Part shown: positions 1-9,555 of the stretch, one piece after another | Layout: every line of letters begins with the position of its first letter | Numbering within the stretch: position 1 is the stretch's first letter | Origin: Eubacteriales bacterium | GTDB taxonomy: Bacteria; Bacillota; Clostridia; Oscillospirales; CAG-382 | NCBI GenBank assembly: GCA_045595785.1 | Contig: JAZOBE010000034.1 | Location: 5,067-69,066, forward strand | DNA: 64,000 bases | Direction of reading: 5' to 3' | The notes under the pieces: generated by a model | Database searches by the model: none | The model's input: only the letters and a program-made list of their open reading frames with translations | What the model was told of the DNA's origin: nothing | Program-made: the position numbers and the translations under genes

Positions 1-2196
1 TGCGTTTGCAAGCTCTTCGTTTGCAACGGCAACAACGGTCTTCTTAACGTAAGCAAGCTCTTTTACGTCGCCTACGAGAGGAATCATAATTTCGGGAACG
101 ATAGTCCATTCGGGATGACGGGACTGAACGTTAAGTGCAGCGCGGATAACCGCTCTGGTCTGCATTGCTGCGATTTCGGGGTAGGTTACTGCAAGACGGC
201 ATCCTCTGTGGCCCATCATGGGGTTGAACTCGTGGAGAGATGCGATAATATCTTTAATCTGCTTAACCGTCTTGCCCTGAGTAGCCGCAAGCTCTTCAAT
301 ATCCTTTTCCTCGGTGGGAACGAACTCGTGGAGGGGAGGATCCAAGTAACGGATGGTTACGGGGTTGCCCTGCATAGCCTCGTAAAGGCTTTCAAAGTCT
401 GCCTGCTGGAGGGGAAGTATCTTTTCAAGTGCCTTTTCTCTCTGCTCAACAGTATCAGAACAGATCATTTCACGGATAGCACCGATCTTATCAAAGAACA
501 TGTGCTCGGTACGGCAGAGACCGATACCTTCTGCACCAAGCTCGTATGCCTTTTCTGCATCCTTCTTGGTGTCTGCATTGGTACGGATCTGAAGCTTTCT
601 GAATTTGTCAGCCCAATCCATTATTCTGCCCAGCTCGCCAACGATCTTAGCGTCAACAGTGGGGATGATACCGTCATAAATATTACCGGTAGAACCGTCA
701 ATGGATATCTCGTCGCCCTCGTTAAAGGTCTTGCCGGCAAGAACAAAGCGCTTGTTCTCTTCATCCATAGCGATTGCGGAGCAACCGGATACACAGCAGG
801 TACCCATACCGCGCGCTACAACTGCTGCATGGCTGGTCATACCGCCGCGAACGGTCAGTATACCCTGAGCTGCCTTCATACCTTCAATATCTTCAGGAGA
901 GGTCTCGAGTCTTACGAGAATTACCTTCTCACCGCGCTCATTCCATTCCTTTGCGTCTTCGGCAGTGAAAACTATCTTACCGCAAGCTGCACCGGGAGAA
1001 GCTGCAAGAGCTTTTGCCATAGGAACAGCCTTCTTCAGTGCGTCGGCACTGAACTGAGGATGGAGAAGAGTATCGAGGTTACGGGGATCTATCATAAGAA
1101 CAGCTTTTTCTTCAGTGATCATGCCTTCGTCAACGAGGTCGCAAGCGATCTTGAGAGCTGCCTGTGCGGTTCTCTTACCGTTTCTGGTCTGAAGCATATA
1201 AAGCTTTTTGTTTTCAATAGTGAATTCCATGTCCTGCATGTCGCGGTAATGGTTTTCAAGAATATTACAAATGTTGGTGAACTGTTCAAAGCACTCAGGC
1301 ATAACTTCTGCCATCTTTGCTATGGGAAGAGGAGTACGAACACCGGCAACAACGTCTTCACCCTGGGCATTCATAAGGAATTCGCCCATAAGACGCTTTT
1401 CACCGGTTGCAGGATCACGTGTAAATGCAACGCCGGTACCGGAGGTATCACCCATATTACCGAATGCCATCATCTGTACGTTAACAGCGGTGCCCCAGCT
1501 GTAGGGAATATCGTTGTCTCTTCTGTAAATGTTTGCTCTGGGGTTGTCCCAGCTTCTGAATACTGCGGTGATGGCGCCGAAAAGCTGTTCGATAGGATCG
1601 GTGGGGAAGTCAGTGCCGATCTTATCCTTGTATTCCTGCTTAAACTGTGTTGCAAGATACTTAAGATCGTCTGCGGTAAGGTCAACGTCCTGGGTTACGC
1701 CCTTTTCTTCCTTGAGCTTATCGATGAGCACCTCGAAATACTTTTTGCCGACTTCCATAACAACGTCGGAATACATTTGAATAAATCTGCGATAGCAATC
1801 CCAAGCCCAACGAGGATTGCCGGATTTTTCAGCAATAACGTTAACAACGTCTTCGTTAAGACCAAGGTTAAGGATGGTATCCATCATACCGGGCATAGAA
1901 GCTCTTGCGCCGGATCTTACGGAAACCAGAAGGGGATTTTCCTTATCACCGAACTTTTTGCCGGTAACCTGTTCCATCTTTCCGATATATTCAAGAATTT
2001 GAGCCTTTATATCCTCGCCGATCTTGCGATCGTCATCATAATAACGAGTACAAGCCTCAGTAGAAATTGTAAAGCCTTGGGGGACGGGAAGACCGAGATT
2101 TGTCATCTCTGCCAGGTTCGCGCCTTTGCCGCCAAGCAATTCACGCATCGAACCGTTACCCTCTGAAAACATATAGACATACTTTTTTTCTGCCAT
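1..2196 (-). CDS. ppdK: pyruvate, phosphate dikinase (N-terminal ~732 aa; C-terminus runs off the left edge of the window)
   Basis: Absent from the ORF track because it is open at the window edge. The reverse complement from ATG at 2196 reads MAEKKYVYMFSEGNGSMRELLGGKGANLAEMTNLGLPVPQGFTIS...LVSVRSGARASMPGMMDTILNLGLN...TGVAFTRDPATGEK. This is the canonical PPDK N-terminus. GGAGG lies just upstream. Confidence 0.9.
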   Translation of the reverse strand, partial: MAEKKYVYMFSEGNGSMRELLGGKGANLAEMTNLGLPVPQGFTISTEACTRYYDDDRKIGEDIKAQILEYIGKMEQVTGKKFGDKENPLLVSVRSGARASMPGMMDTILNLGLNEDVVNVIAEKSGNPRWAWDCYRRFIQMYSDVVMEVGKKYFEVLIDKLKEEKGVTQDVDLTADDLKYLATQFKQEYKDKIGTDFPTDPIEQLFGAITAVFRSWDNPRANIYRRDNDIPYSWGTAVNVQMMAFGNMGDTSGTGVAFTRDPATGEKRLMGEFLMNAQGEDVVAGVRTPLPIAKMAEVMPECFEQFTNICNILENHYRDMQDMEFTIENKKLYMLQTRNGKRTAQAALKIACDLVDEGMITEEKAVLMIDPRNLDTLLHPQFSADALKKAVPMAKALAASPGAACGKIVFTAEDAKEWNERGEKVILVRLETSPEDIEGMKAAQGILTVRGGMTSHAAVVARGMGTCCVSGCSAIAMDEENKRFVLAGKTFNEGDEISIDGSTGNIYDGIIPTVDAKIVGELGRIMDWADKFRKLQIRTNADTKKDAEKAYELGAEGIGLCRTEHMFFDKIGAIREMICSDTVEQREKALEKILPLQQADFESLYEAMQGNPVTIRYLDPPLHEFVPTEEKDIEELAATQGKTVKQIKDIIASLHEFNPMMGHRGCRLAVTYPEIAAMQTRAVIRAALNVQSRHPEWTIVPEIMIPLVGDVKELAYVKKTVVAVANEELANA

Positions 2197-2228
2197 GTGT
2201 AACCTCCATAATTTTATTTATCCGATAT

Positions 2229-2256
2229 ATTATAACACAAAAATCCGTTTTGTCTA
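2229..2256 (-). promoter_or_regulatory. putative sigmaA promoter of ppdK (TAGACA-16 nt-TATAAT with extended TG)
   Basis: The minus strand reads tagacaaaacggatttttgTGtTATAAT, about 30 nt upstream of the ppdK RBS. Confidence 0.45.
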
Positions 2257-2297
2257 TACTTTTTTTGAACTTTATTACATATTATTTATTTTATGCC

Positions 2298-2326
2298 TTG
2301 ACAAATTCGTTCAAAAGATATAAACT
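2298..2326 (+). promoter_or_regulatory. putative sigmaA promoter of pth-mfd (TTGACA-17 nt-TAAACT)
   Basis: TTGACA at 2298-2303 and TAAACT at 2321-2326. AAGGAGG RBS at 2336-2342 precedes the ATG at 2351. Confidence 0.45.
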
Positions 2327-2350
2327 TACTGACCGAAGGAGGAATGCGTT

Positions 2351-2938
2351 ATGGGTCTTTTCTCGACCGGAGGAGTCGAATATATTATCGTGGGCCTTGG
2401 AAATCCCGAGCCGCGTTATGATAACACAAGGCATAATGCCGGATTCAGAGCTATTGACAGAGTTGCTGAGAAATGCGGTTGCAAGATAAAGTCTCTGAAA
2501 CACATGGCTCTTTGCGGTAAAGCTGAACTTTGCGGTAAAAAGGTGCTTTTGATGAAGCCGCAAACATATATGAATCATTCCGGAGAGGCAGTTGCCGCCG
2601 CCTCAAAGTTTTATAAGGTTCCTCCCAAAAACATAATTGTCTTGTTTGATGATTGTGCTATAGAAGTTGGCGCTTTGCGTATCCGAAGAAAAGGAAGCGC
2701 GGGAGGTCACAACGGAATTAAATCTTTGATCGAACATCTTGGTACTCAGGACTTTCCGAGAGTTAAGATAGGTGTTGGTGAAAAGCCGCATCCCGATTAC
2801 GATATGGCAGATTGGGTGCTTTCGTCCTTTTCGTCAGCTGAATTCAAAAGGGTAAGCGATAGGTTTGATGACGTTTGTAAGGCTGTTGAGCTTATTATTT
2901 CCGGTGATACCGACAAGGCAATGAATCTTTTTAACTGA
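2351..2938 (+). CDS. pth: peptidyl-tRNA hydrolase
   Basis: 195 aa. Contains GLGNPEPRYDNTRHNAGF and GGHNGIKS signature motifs. The pth-mfd order is conserved in Firmicutes. Confidence 0.95.
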   Translation: MGLFSTGGVEYIIVGLGNPEPRYDNTRHNAGFRAIDRVAEKCGCKIKSLKHMALCGKAELCGKKVLLMKPQTYMNHSGEAVAAASKFYKVPPKNIIVLFDDCAIEVGALRIRRKGSAGGHNGIKSLIEHLGTQDFPRVKIGVGEKPHPDYDMADWVLSSFSSAEFKRVSDRFDDVCKAVELIISGDTDKAMNLFN

Positions 2939-2940
2939 AT

Positions 2941-5900
2941 ATGAATACCATTTTATCACAATTTTTACTTGATAACGAATTTTGCGCCCTCGTTGAGGGC
3001 TATGAAAAGGGACGGGTTCCGTGCGTTGCGACAGGGGTATGCGACGCCGCCCGCCCCCTTTTCTGCACGGCTTTTTCCCGTGAGATAAATAAAAAGCTGC
3101 TTATTATTATGCCCGATGAGAGGGAAGCACAGCGTCTCCGCTCTGAACTTGAATGTTATATGGACAAGGTTCTTTTTCTCCCTGCACGAGACTTTGTCTT
3201 CGACAATGTAAAAGGATATTCAAGAGAATTTGAGCAGCAGCGTATCGGCGTTTTATCTGCGCTCCTTGAAGGTGGCGTTGATGCAGTGGTTACGGTTCCC
3301 GATGCTGTTATGCAGTATACGATTCCGCCTGAAATATTGCAGGATATAACTTTACAGATCAATGCCGGTGAAAGAATGTCGGTTTCCCAACTGGGGTCCT
3401 GGCTTTCTCTTCTGGGTTACAGCCGTACAGAGCAGGTTGAGGGTGAAGGCCAGTTCGCCGTCCGAGGCGGAATTGTTGACGTGTTTTCCCCTTCTTACCC
3501 AAATCCTTTCAGAGTCGATTTTTTTGGTGATGAGATCGATCTTATCGGCTTTTTTGATATTACTTCACAGCGCAGATATGAAAATGCGGATACTGTGAAT
3601 ATTCTTCCGGTATACGAACTTTTGCCCGATAATCTTGCATATGAGAGTATTGCGGAGCATATCGGCAAACAGATTAAAAAGTTTAACGGAAGTGAAAAAC
3701 TGCGCGACCTTTTGGTTAAAGAAAAAGACAACTGTGAAAACCATATCCGTATCACAGCCCTTGATAAATATGCATCCTTTGTATATGAGCAGAAAGCCAC
3801 GGTACTTGATTATCTTTCAGATTTCGCAGTTATTGCGGTAAACACTCCGCGTATAAAAGACCGTGCTTTGGCGTTTTGTTGGCAGACTGAGCAGACCTTT
3901 TCATCTCTTGCAGAAAGCGGATTGCTTCCTGCAGGCAGTGATATTCCTCATATGGATACAGATTCACTTATTGGTTGCATTTCAAATAGGACACTTGCTC
4001 TAGACTATTTTTCGTCTGCCAATAAGCTGTTTGATTACCGTGAGGAATACACGGTTTTAACCAAAGCAGTTAATTCTTATCTTTCCAATTTGGAATTGCT
4101 TGCCGACGATCTTAAAAATTCAGTTGAGCTTAAGCGAAATGTGCTAATATTAACTGTAAGTGACCGTGCGGCAGATAATATGCTTTCAGCGCTGAATGAA
4201 CGTAGCATCGGATGTTACCGCTTTGTCGGTGAGCTTCACAAGGGACTGGCAGGAGTAGGAACCCTTAATAAGAATCAGACTTTATGCGGTTTTGAGCTTC
4301 CTAAAGCTAATTTTATCCTTTATACCGATACAGACACCCTGCAAAACGTTTCTGCACGCAGAAAAGAGCGTGTAAAGAAAAAGGTTACCAAAAGTGAGCG
4401 TATTACGTCTTATGCCGATCTCACCGTCGGAGATCTTGTGGTACATGCAAATCACGGCATTGGAAGATACGAGGGACTAACAAATCTCACTGTTGAAGGT
4501 GTTTCTAAAGACTATATAAAGATACGTTATCACGGAACTGATACGTTGTACGTTCCCTGTAACCAGCTTGACTTGGTTTCAAAATACATCGGTAACGAAA
4601 ACACTAAGCTTTCCAAGATGGGTACGTCCGAATGGCAACGTACCAAGGCGCGTGCAAAATCTGCGGCTAAAGATATTGCAAAAGAGCTTATCGAGCTGTA
4701 TGCCGCCCGTCAGATGAAAGAAGGCTATGCATATCCGCCCGATGAAGAGATGCAAGAAGAATTCGAGTCTATGTTTGATTACGACGAGACTGACGATCAG
4801 CTTCGTGCGGCAGAAGAAATCAAAAAAGATATGGAAAGCACTGTTCCTATGGACAGGCTTCTTTGCGGTGATGTTGGATTCGGTAAAACCGAGGTTGCTC
4901 TTCGTGCGGCGTTCAAGGCCGTTGTGTCCGGAAAGCAGGTTGCCGTTCTTGTGCCGACAACCATTCTTGCTATGCAACATTATCAGACCATGCTGTCCCG
5001 TTTCCGAGCGTTTCCCGTAAAGGTAGCTATGATGTCCCGTTTCCGTACTAAAGCGGAGCAGGCACAGACTATTGAGGATCTTCGTATCGGAAAAACGGAC
5101 ATTGTGGTAGGAACGCACAGAATACTTCAGCAGGATATCAAGTTCAAGGATCTTGGACTTCTTATAATTGACGAAGAACAGCGCTTTGGTGTTACTCACA
5201 AGGAAAAACTTAAGCATCTTGCTGAAAACGTGGACGTTCTTACTCTTACGGCGACACCCATTCCACGTACTCTCAATATGGCACTGTCCGGAATAAGGGA
5301 TATGTCTGTGTTGGAGGAAGCTCCTTCAGATCGTATTCCCGTTCAGACGTTTGTACTCGAGCACGATGAGGCGGTTATTCACGAGGCTGTCCGACGCGAA
5401 TTGCGCAGAGGTGGACAAGTCTTCTATCTGCACAATGTTGTGGAGACGATCCATTCTTGCGCCAAGAAGTTAAATGACGCTTTTCCTGATGCAGTCATTG
5501 CAGTTGCTCACGGAAAAATGAGCAAGGAAGAGTTAGGCGAGATATGGGAAAATATGGTGAGAGGGGAAATAGACGTTCTTGTCTGTACTACCATTATCGA
5601 AACCGGTATAGACGTTCCCAACGCCAACACGCTTGTTATTGAAAATGCTGACCATATGGGGCTTTCTCAGCTTCATCAGCTCAGAGGACGTGTCGGAAGA
5701 TCCGCAAGAAAGGCTTATGCGTATTTCACATACCGTACAGGCTCTATTCTTAAAGAAATTGCAGAAAAGCGTCTTGAAGCAATACGCGAATTTACTGAAT
5801 TCGGAAGCGGATTCAAGATAGCCATGCGTGACCTTGAACTGCGCGGTGCCGGCAATGTACTGGGAGCCGAACAAAGCGGTCAGATGGAAGCTATCGGTTA

Positions 5901-6429
5901 CGATCTGTACGTTAAGATATTGGAAGAGGCGGTCGATGAACTGAAGGGCAGACCTAAAATGCCTAAACGCGAATGTACAGTCGATATGGCGGTCAACGCG
6001 TTTATTCCCGAGGATTATATTTCTTCTTCACAGATGCGTATAGACGTGTATCGTAAGATCGCGTGTATTGAATCGGAGGAGGAGAGGGATGACCTTTTGG
6101 ACGAGCTTTTGGACAGATTCGGAGATATCCCGCCTTCTTTATGGAATCTTGTGCGTATCTCGCTTATAAGAAACAGTGCATGCTCTTGCGGAATTAGCTT
6201 GATTGAGCAAAAACGCGGACTTATAGCATTTTTCCAGGAGAATATTGATGTCCGTGCCTGCACTATTCTTGCATCGGAGCCTAAATACAGAGGTCGTATG
6301 CTTTTGTCTTTGGGCGGTAAGCCTCATTTTGCATACCGTCCCAATCCAAACGAAGATGTTTTGGATACCGTTTCGGGAATACTTGAAAACTTTAAAAATT
6401 TACTTCAAAACGGTGTAGACAACGGGTGA
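2941..6429 (+). CDS. mfd: transcription-repair coupling factor
   Basis: 1162 aa. TRCF/CarD-like motif GDLVVHANHGIGRYEG. Helicase motifs LLCGDVGFGKTEVA, DEEQRFGV and QLRGRVGRS. Confidence 0.95.
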   Translation: MNTILSQFLLDNEFCALVEGYEKGRVPCVATGVCDAARPLFCTAFSREINKKLLIIMPDEREAQRLRSELECYMDKVLFLPARDFVFDNVKGYSREFEQQRIGVLSALLEGGVDAVVTVPDAVMQYTIPPEILQDITLQINAGERMSVSQLGSWLSLLGYSRTEQVEGEGQFAVRGGIVDVFSPSYPNPFRVDFFGDEIDLIGFFDITSQRRYENADTVNILPVYELLPDNLAYESIAEHIGKQIKKFNGSEKLRDLLVKEKDNCENHIRITALDKYASFVYEQKATVLDYLSDFAVIAVNTPRIKDRALAFCWQTEQTFSSLAESGLLPAGSDIPHMDTDSLIGCISNRTLALDYFSSANKLFDYREEYTVLTKAVNSYLSNLELLADDLKNSVELKRNVLILTVSDRAADNMLSALNERSIGCYRFVGELHKGLAGVGTLNKNQTLCGFELPKANFILYTDTDTLQNVSARRKERVKKKVTKSERITSYADLTVGDLVVHANHGIGRYEGLTNLTVEGVSKDYIKIRYHGTDTLYVPCNQLDLVSKYIGNENTKLSKMGTSEWQRTKARAKSAAKDIAKELIELYAARQMKEGYAYPPDEEMQEEFESMFDYDETDDQLRAAEEIKKDMESTVPMDRLLCGDVGFGKTEVALRAAFKAVVSGKQVAVLVPTTILAMQHYQTMLSRFRAFPVKVAMMSRFRTKAEQAQTIEDLRIGKTDIVVGTHRILQQDIKFKDLGLLIIDEEQRFGVTHKEKLKHLAENVDVLTLTATPIPRTLNMALSGIRDMSVLEEAPSDRIPVQTFVLEHDEAVIHEAVRRELRRGGQVFYLHNVVETIHSCAKKLNDAFPDAVIAVAHGKMSKEELGEIWENMVRGEIDVLVCTTIIETGIDVPNANTLVIENADHMGLSQLHQLRGRVGRSARKAYAYFTYRTGSILKEIAEKRLEAIREFTEFGSGFKIAMRDLELRGAGNVLGAEQSGQMEAIGYDLYVKILEEAVDELKGRPKMPKRECTVDMAVNAFIPEDYISSSQMRIDVYRKIACIESEEERDDLLDELLDRFGDIPPSLWNLVRISLIRNSACSCGISLIEQKRGLIAFFQENIDVRACTILASEPKYRGRMLLSLGGKPHFAYRPNPNEDVLDTVSGILENFKNLLQNGVDNG

Positions 6430-6472
6430 ATTTTGTAATATAATATAGTCATATCTATTGGAGGAACAAATA

Positions 6473-7876
6473 ATGACAAAAAAAGTATTATGTGCGCTTC
6501 TTTGTGTGCTCATGGTGTTATCACTGTGTGCTTGTTCAAAGAGCCCTGTAATTGCAACTTATGAAGGACAGTCACTTGACAGCTCTATGTATGCATTGCA
6601 CCTTGCAATTGAAAAGAGAGCCATCGAAGAGTATTACTATTATTCGGGCGGCGTAGATATCTCTTCTACTCCCGCGTTTTGGGATGAGATCTACGATGAG
6701 AAAAGCGGTCTTACTTGGGCCGGTTACGTTGAGGCGGAATTTTGTAATATGCTTATTGCAATGCAGTTCTGCAAGGAACACGGTCTTAACGTTACAGATG
6801 AAAGTCTTTCCGCTGAAATAGATGCGCTTATCGAAACCTATATCAAAACCGCAGGCAGTAAGGATCTTCTTAATCTTGAACTTGCCGAGTACGGTGCTGA
6901 TTACGATATGTTTGTTGAATATCTTAATTGCTATCAGTACATTAACGTAATGCGCGATTATCTGGCAGAAGACGGAACGCTTGCAGTGAGCGATGACGAT
7001 GTTGTTGAATATCTTTCCGACTATCACAATTATGACTATATCTTCTTCAACTCTTTGGACGAGAATAATAAGCCTATAGTTTACGATGATATTACCACCG
7101 AACAGGCAAATGAGTATTTTCTTTCCAATTACGTTACTGTTAAACATGTTTTGTATATGACTTCTAAGCTGTCTGATGAAAAGAAGGCGGAAAAGAAGGC
7201 TCAGGCTGAAGCTAATCTTGCCGCTATCCAGGCAGGAACTGCAGAATTTTCCGATTTCGAGAAAGATAACGAGGACAGTAATATCGAATATACTTTCACC
7301 TACGACACTATGGTAAGTGAGTTTGAAGAAGCTGCTTATGATATGGAAGTTGGCGAAGTAAGACTTGTTGAGACGGTTTACGGATATCATCTCATGGTCA
7401 AGGAAGAACTTGATACTGAAAGATTTGAGAAGATCGAATCCGAGGTTAAGGCGGCTATGTCTTCCCAGCGTATCAAGGAGCAGGCTCAAAAGCTTCTTGA
7501 TGATATCAAGAGCGGAGACGCGAAGTTTGAAAAGCCTGCAAATAAGGAATATGAGTACTATGAAGGCTTTGTTGTCAGTAAGACGGATACGTCTCTCCCT
7601 GCCGACATGATAAAGCAAATGGGCGAGACAGCTATCGGTGATTATTTCTTGTATACCTATGGCTCTTACGGTTACTTTATTTTTAAGCATGTTGAATTCG
7701 ATGAGAAGGATATCGAGTCATATCATGATACTGTAAGCACCATTCTTATCGATGAGAAGTTTACCGAATACATGAACGAGCTTGCCAAGAGCGTTGTTGT
7801 CAATACCGAAGAAATGTCAAAGTTTGATATCAAGACCGTGCGTTCCTTCTTTTCTGAGGAAGCTCAAACCAAATAA
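6473..7876 (+). CDS. PrsA/SurA-like lipoprotein with a parvulin (PpiC-type) peptidyl-prolyl isomerase domain
   Basis: The track ORF begins at a TTG inside the RBS. ATG at 6473 follows GGAGG. Signal peptide plus lipobox (LSLCAC). Parvulin-like stretch VKHVLY...FEEAAYDMEVGEVRLVETVYGYHLMV. Confidence 0.75.
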   Translation: MTKKVLCALLCVLMVLSLCACSKSPVIATYEGQSLDSSMYALHLAIEKRAIEEYYYYSGGVDISSTPAFWDEIYDEKSGLTWAGYVEAEFCNMLIAMQFCKEHGLNVTDESLSAEIDALIETYIKTAGSKDLLNLELAEYGADYDMFVEYLNCYQYINVMRDYLAEDGTLAVSDDDVVEYLSDYHNYDYIFFNSLDENNKPIVYDDITTEQANEYFLSNYVTVKHVLYMTSKLSDEKKAEKKAQAEANLAAIQAGTAEFSDFEKDNEDSNIEYTFTYDTMVSEFEEAAYDMEVGEVRLVETVYGYHLMVKEELDTERFEKIESEVKAAMSSQRIKEQAQKLLDDIKSGDAKFEKPANKEYEYYEGFVVSKTDTSLPADMIKQMGETAIGDYFLYTYGSYGYFIFKHVEFDEKDIESYHDTVSTILIDEKFTEYMNELAKSVVVNTEEMSKFDIKTVRSFFSEEAQTK

Positions 7877-7885
7877 CCAATAAGA

Positions 7886-7912
7886 AAGGCGGCTTAACAG
7901 CCGCCTTAATTA
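7886..7912 (+). terminator. stem-loop terminator after the PPIase gene
   Basis: aaggcggct-taac-agccgcctt, a 9-bp GC-rich stem. The U-tract is weak (ttaattaaaa). Confidence 0.55.
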
Positions 7913-7924
7913 AAAGGTGTATAT

Positions 7925-8701
7925 ATGATTTTACAGGATTTTCACGTTCATACAACGTATTGTGACGGCAAAAGCCCTGCCGAAGAAACAGTTCTTTCCG
8001 CTATAGCTTTGGGTATGAAGCGTATCGGTTTTTCGGGGCATTCTTATACTTCTTTCGATACTGACTATTGTATGTCTCCGGAAGATACCGAAAAATATAT
8101 TTGCGAGATAAGAGCATTAAAAGAAAAATATGCTGATAAAATCGAAATATTATGCGGCATCGAGCTCGATGCATTTTCGGATATTGATGTAAGCGCTTTT
8201 GATTACGTCATCGGCTCTGCACACTATATGAAGTGCGGTGAAGAGTACGTTCCGGTTGATTTTTCTGCGCAGACGCTTATCGACGCTGCCGAAAAGTATT
8301 ATGGAGGCGATATGCTTTCTCTTGTTGAGAAGTATTACGAAACTGTTGTGACGGTAGCAAATCTTAACCCGGATATTATTGGTCACATTGATCTTATAAC
8401 CAAGTTTAACGAGAGTGGCGCTTTGTTTGACGAAAAGCATCCTCGGTATGTTTCGGCTTCCCGAAAGGCGGTCGATGAATTGCTTAAAATCGGCGTGCCG
8501 TTTGAAATCAATACGGGCGTAATAATCCGCGGTTATAAAACTGTTCCGTATCCTGCTGCAGATTTGCTTGAATATATCACTCAAAGCGGGGGCAAAGTAA
8601 TTCTTGACAGTGATTCTCATAAAAGTAATATGCTTTGCTTTGAATTTGAAAAATGGCGTTCTTGGGCAGATGGCATTGGCGTAAAATGGTATAACGAATA
8701 A
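7925..8701 (+). CDS. PHP-domain histidinol-phosphatase family protein (HisJ/HisK type)
   Basis: 258 aa. N-terminal DFHVHTTYCDGK metal-binding motif. GHSYT, GSAH, GHIDL and DSDSH are typical PHP histidines/aspartates. Confidence 0.75.
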   Translation: MILQDFHVHTTYCDGKSPAEETVLSAIALGMKRIGFSGHSYTSFDTDYCMSPEDTEKYICEIRALKEKYADKIEILCGIELDAFSDIDVSAFDYVIGSAHYMKCGEEYVPVDFSAQTLIDAAEKYYGGDMLSLVEKYYETVVTVANLNPDIIGHIDLITKFNESGALFDEKHPRYVSASRKAVDELLKIGVPFEINTGVIIRGYKTVPYPAADLLEYITQSGGKVILDSDSHKSNMLCFEFEKWRSWADGIGVKWYNE

Positions 8702-8718
8702 AAATCAATATAAGCGCA

Positions 8719-8745
8719 ACAAAGGACGGCATAGCCGTCCTTTGT
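8719..8745. terminator. bidirectional stem-loop between convergent genes
   Basis: acaaaggacggc-ata-gccgtcctttgt, a perfect 12-bp stem. Confidence 0.7.
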
Positions 8746-8751
8746 CAATTA

Positions 8752-9441
8752 TTACTTTTTACTTTCCGCGGCACGCATAATTTTCGTTACCGCCTCATCA
8801 GTCACAGCATCGTTGTGAACCAGAAAAGCGTAGTCGTCGCTTTCTGTTCTGATATGCATTTTGAAGCATTCACAATACTTGCTTTTTCCTTTAATCGGTT
8901 TTGTAAAGCTGTTGTCAGCGGATTCAACGGATATTATCTCATTCAGCGGTATTGTTATCGTTTCGGTTTGTGTGTCTCCGTTTATTAGATCCAATATGCC
9001 CGATACTGCATATAGCCTTTCCGTGCTGTAAAGCAACGCTACACAACTGTACTTTTCACAACGTATATTCTGGTCTCCGCCAACGACGGTTTTTGTTGCC
9101 GTGGTATTGTCAAGCGCATATCCGCCCGAAGTGAAATTGAATACTTTTACCGGTCGCTTTTCAGCTTCCTTGAAGAAGTCTTCAAGCTCATTCTCTATTT
9201 CGCTATGAAAAGTATGTGCATATTCGTCAACAGCACCGTCTCTTATTCTTATAGAAAAGTGACATATTACCGTTACGATGCCTACAATGGCAATTATCCA
9301 TGAACTTTGATACAGAACCCACTCGTGTACAAAAAAGTAGTTTATTCCATATAAAAGAAGTCCGGCTGCAACGATTCCTATACCGATGTAAAAAAGTATT
9401 TTGCTTTGCGTGAAATATTTCTTAAAACTTTTCTTTTCCAA
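8752..9441 (-). CDS. hypothetical membrane protein (two N-terminal TM helices plus a ~150-aa cytoplasmic beta-rich domain)
   Basis: 229 aa. TTG start 7 nt after AGGAG. TM segments ILFYIGIGIVAAGLLLYGINYFF and WIIAIVGIVTVICHF. No catalytic motif recognised. Confidence 0.6.
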   Translation of the reverse strand: MEKKSFKKYFTQSKILFYIGIGIVAAGLLLYGINYFFVHEWVLYQSSWIIAIVGIVTVICHFSIRIRDGAVDEYAHTFHSEIENELEDFFKEAEKRPVKVFNFTSGGYALDNTTATKTVVGGDQNIRCEKYSCVALLYSTERLYAVSGILDLINGDTQTETITIPLNEIISVESADNSFTKPIKGKSKYCECFKMHIRTESDDYAFLVHNDAVTDEAVTKIMRAAESKK

Positions 9442-9555
9442 ATGATTTTCTCCTTTTGAGTCTTGTAGTATCCGTGTATAAATTATAACGCTGATACCTA
9501 CGTAAAATCAATAAACTGTTATTTGAATTGATGCAATTGTTAGTTGAATATACTG

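Noticed and set aside
115-2166. 683-aa ORF on the plus strand, the largest ORF at the left end of the track
   Set aside because: It lies antisense to ppdK and in exact codon register with it. Its translation is low-complexity, Cys/Leu/Val-rich and without motifs. The minus strand gives an unmistakable PPDK sequence with RBS and promoter.
6572-7690. 372-aa minus-strand ORF, together with similar ones at 21368-21952, 24528-25190, 25585-26271, 27387-28268, 28641-29885 and 30018-31364
   Set aside because: All lie opposite well-supported plus-strand genes in the same codon register. None has an RBS, and their compositions are implausible (Ile/Asn/Lys/Phe-rich).
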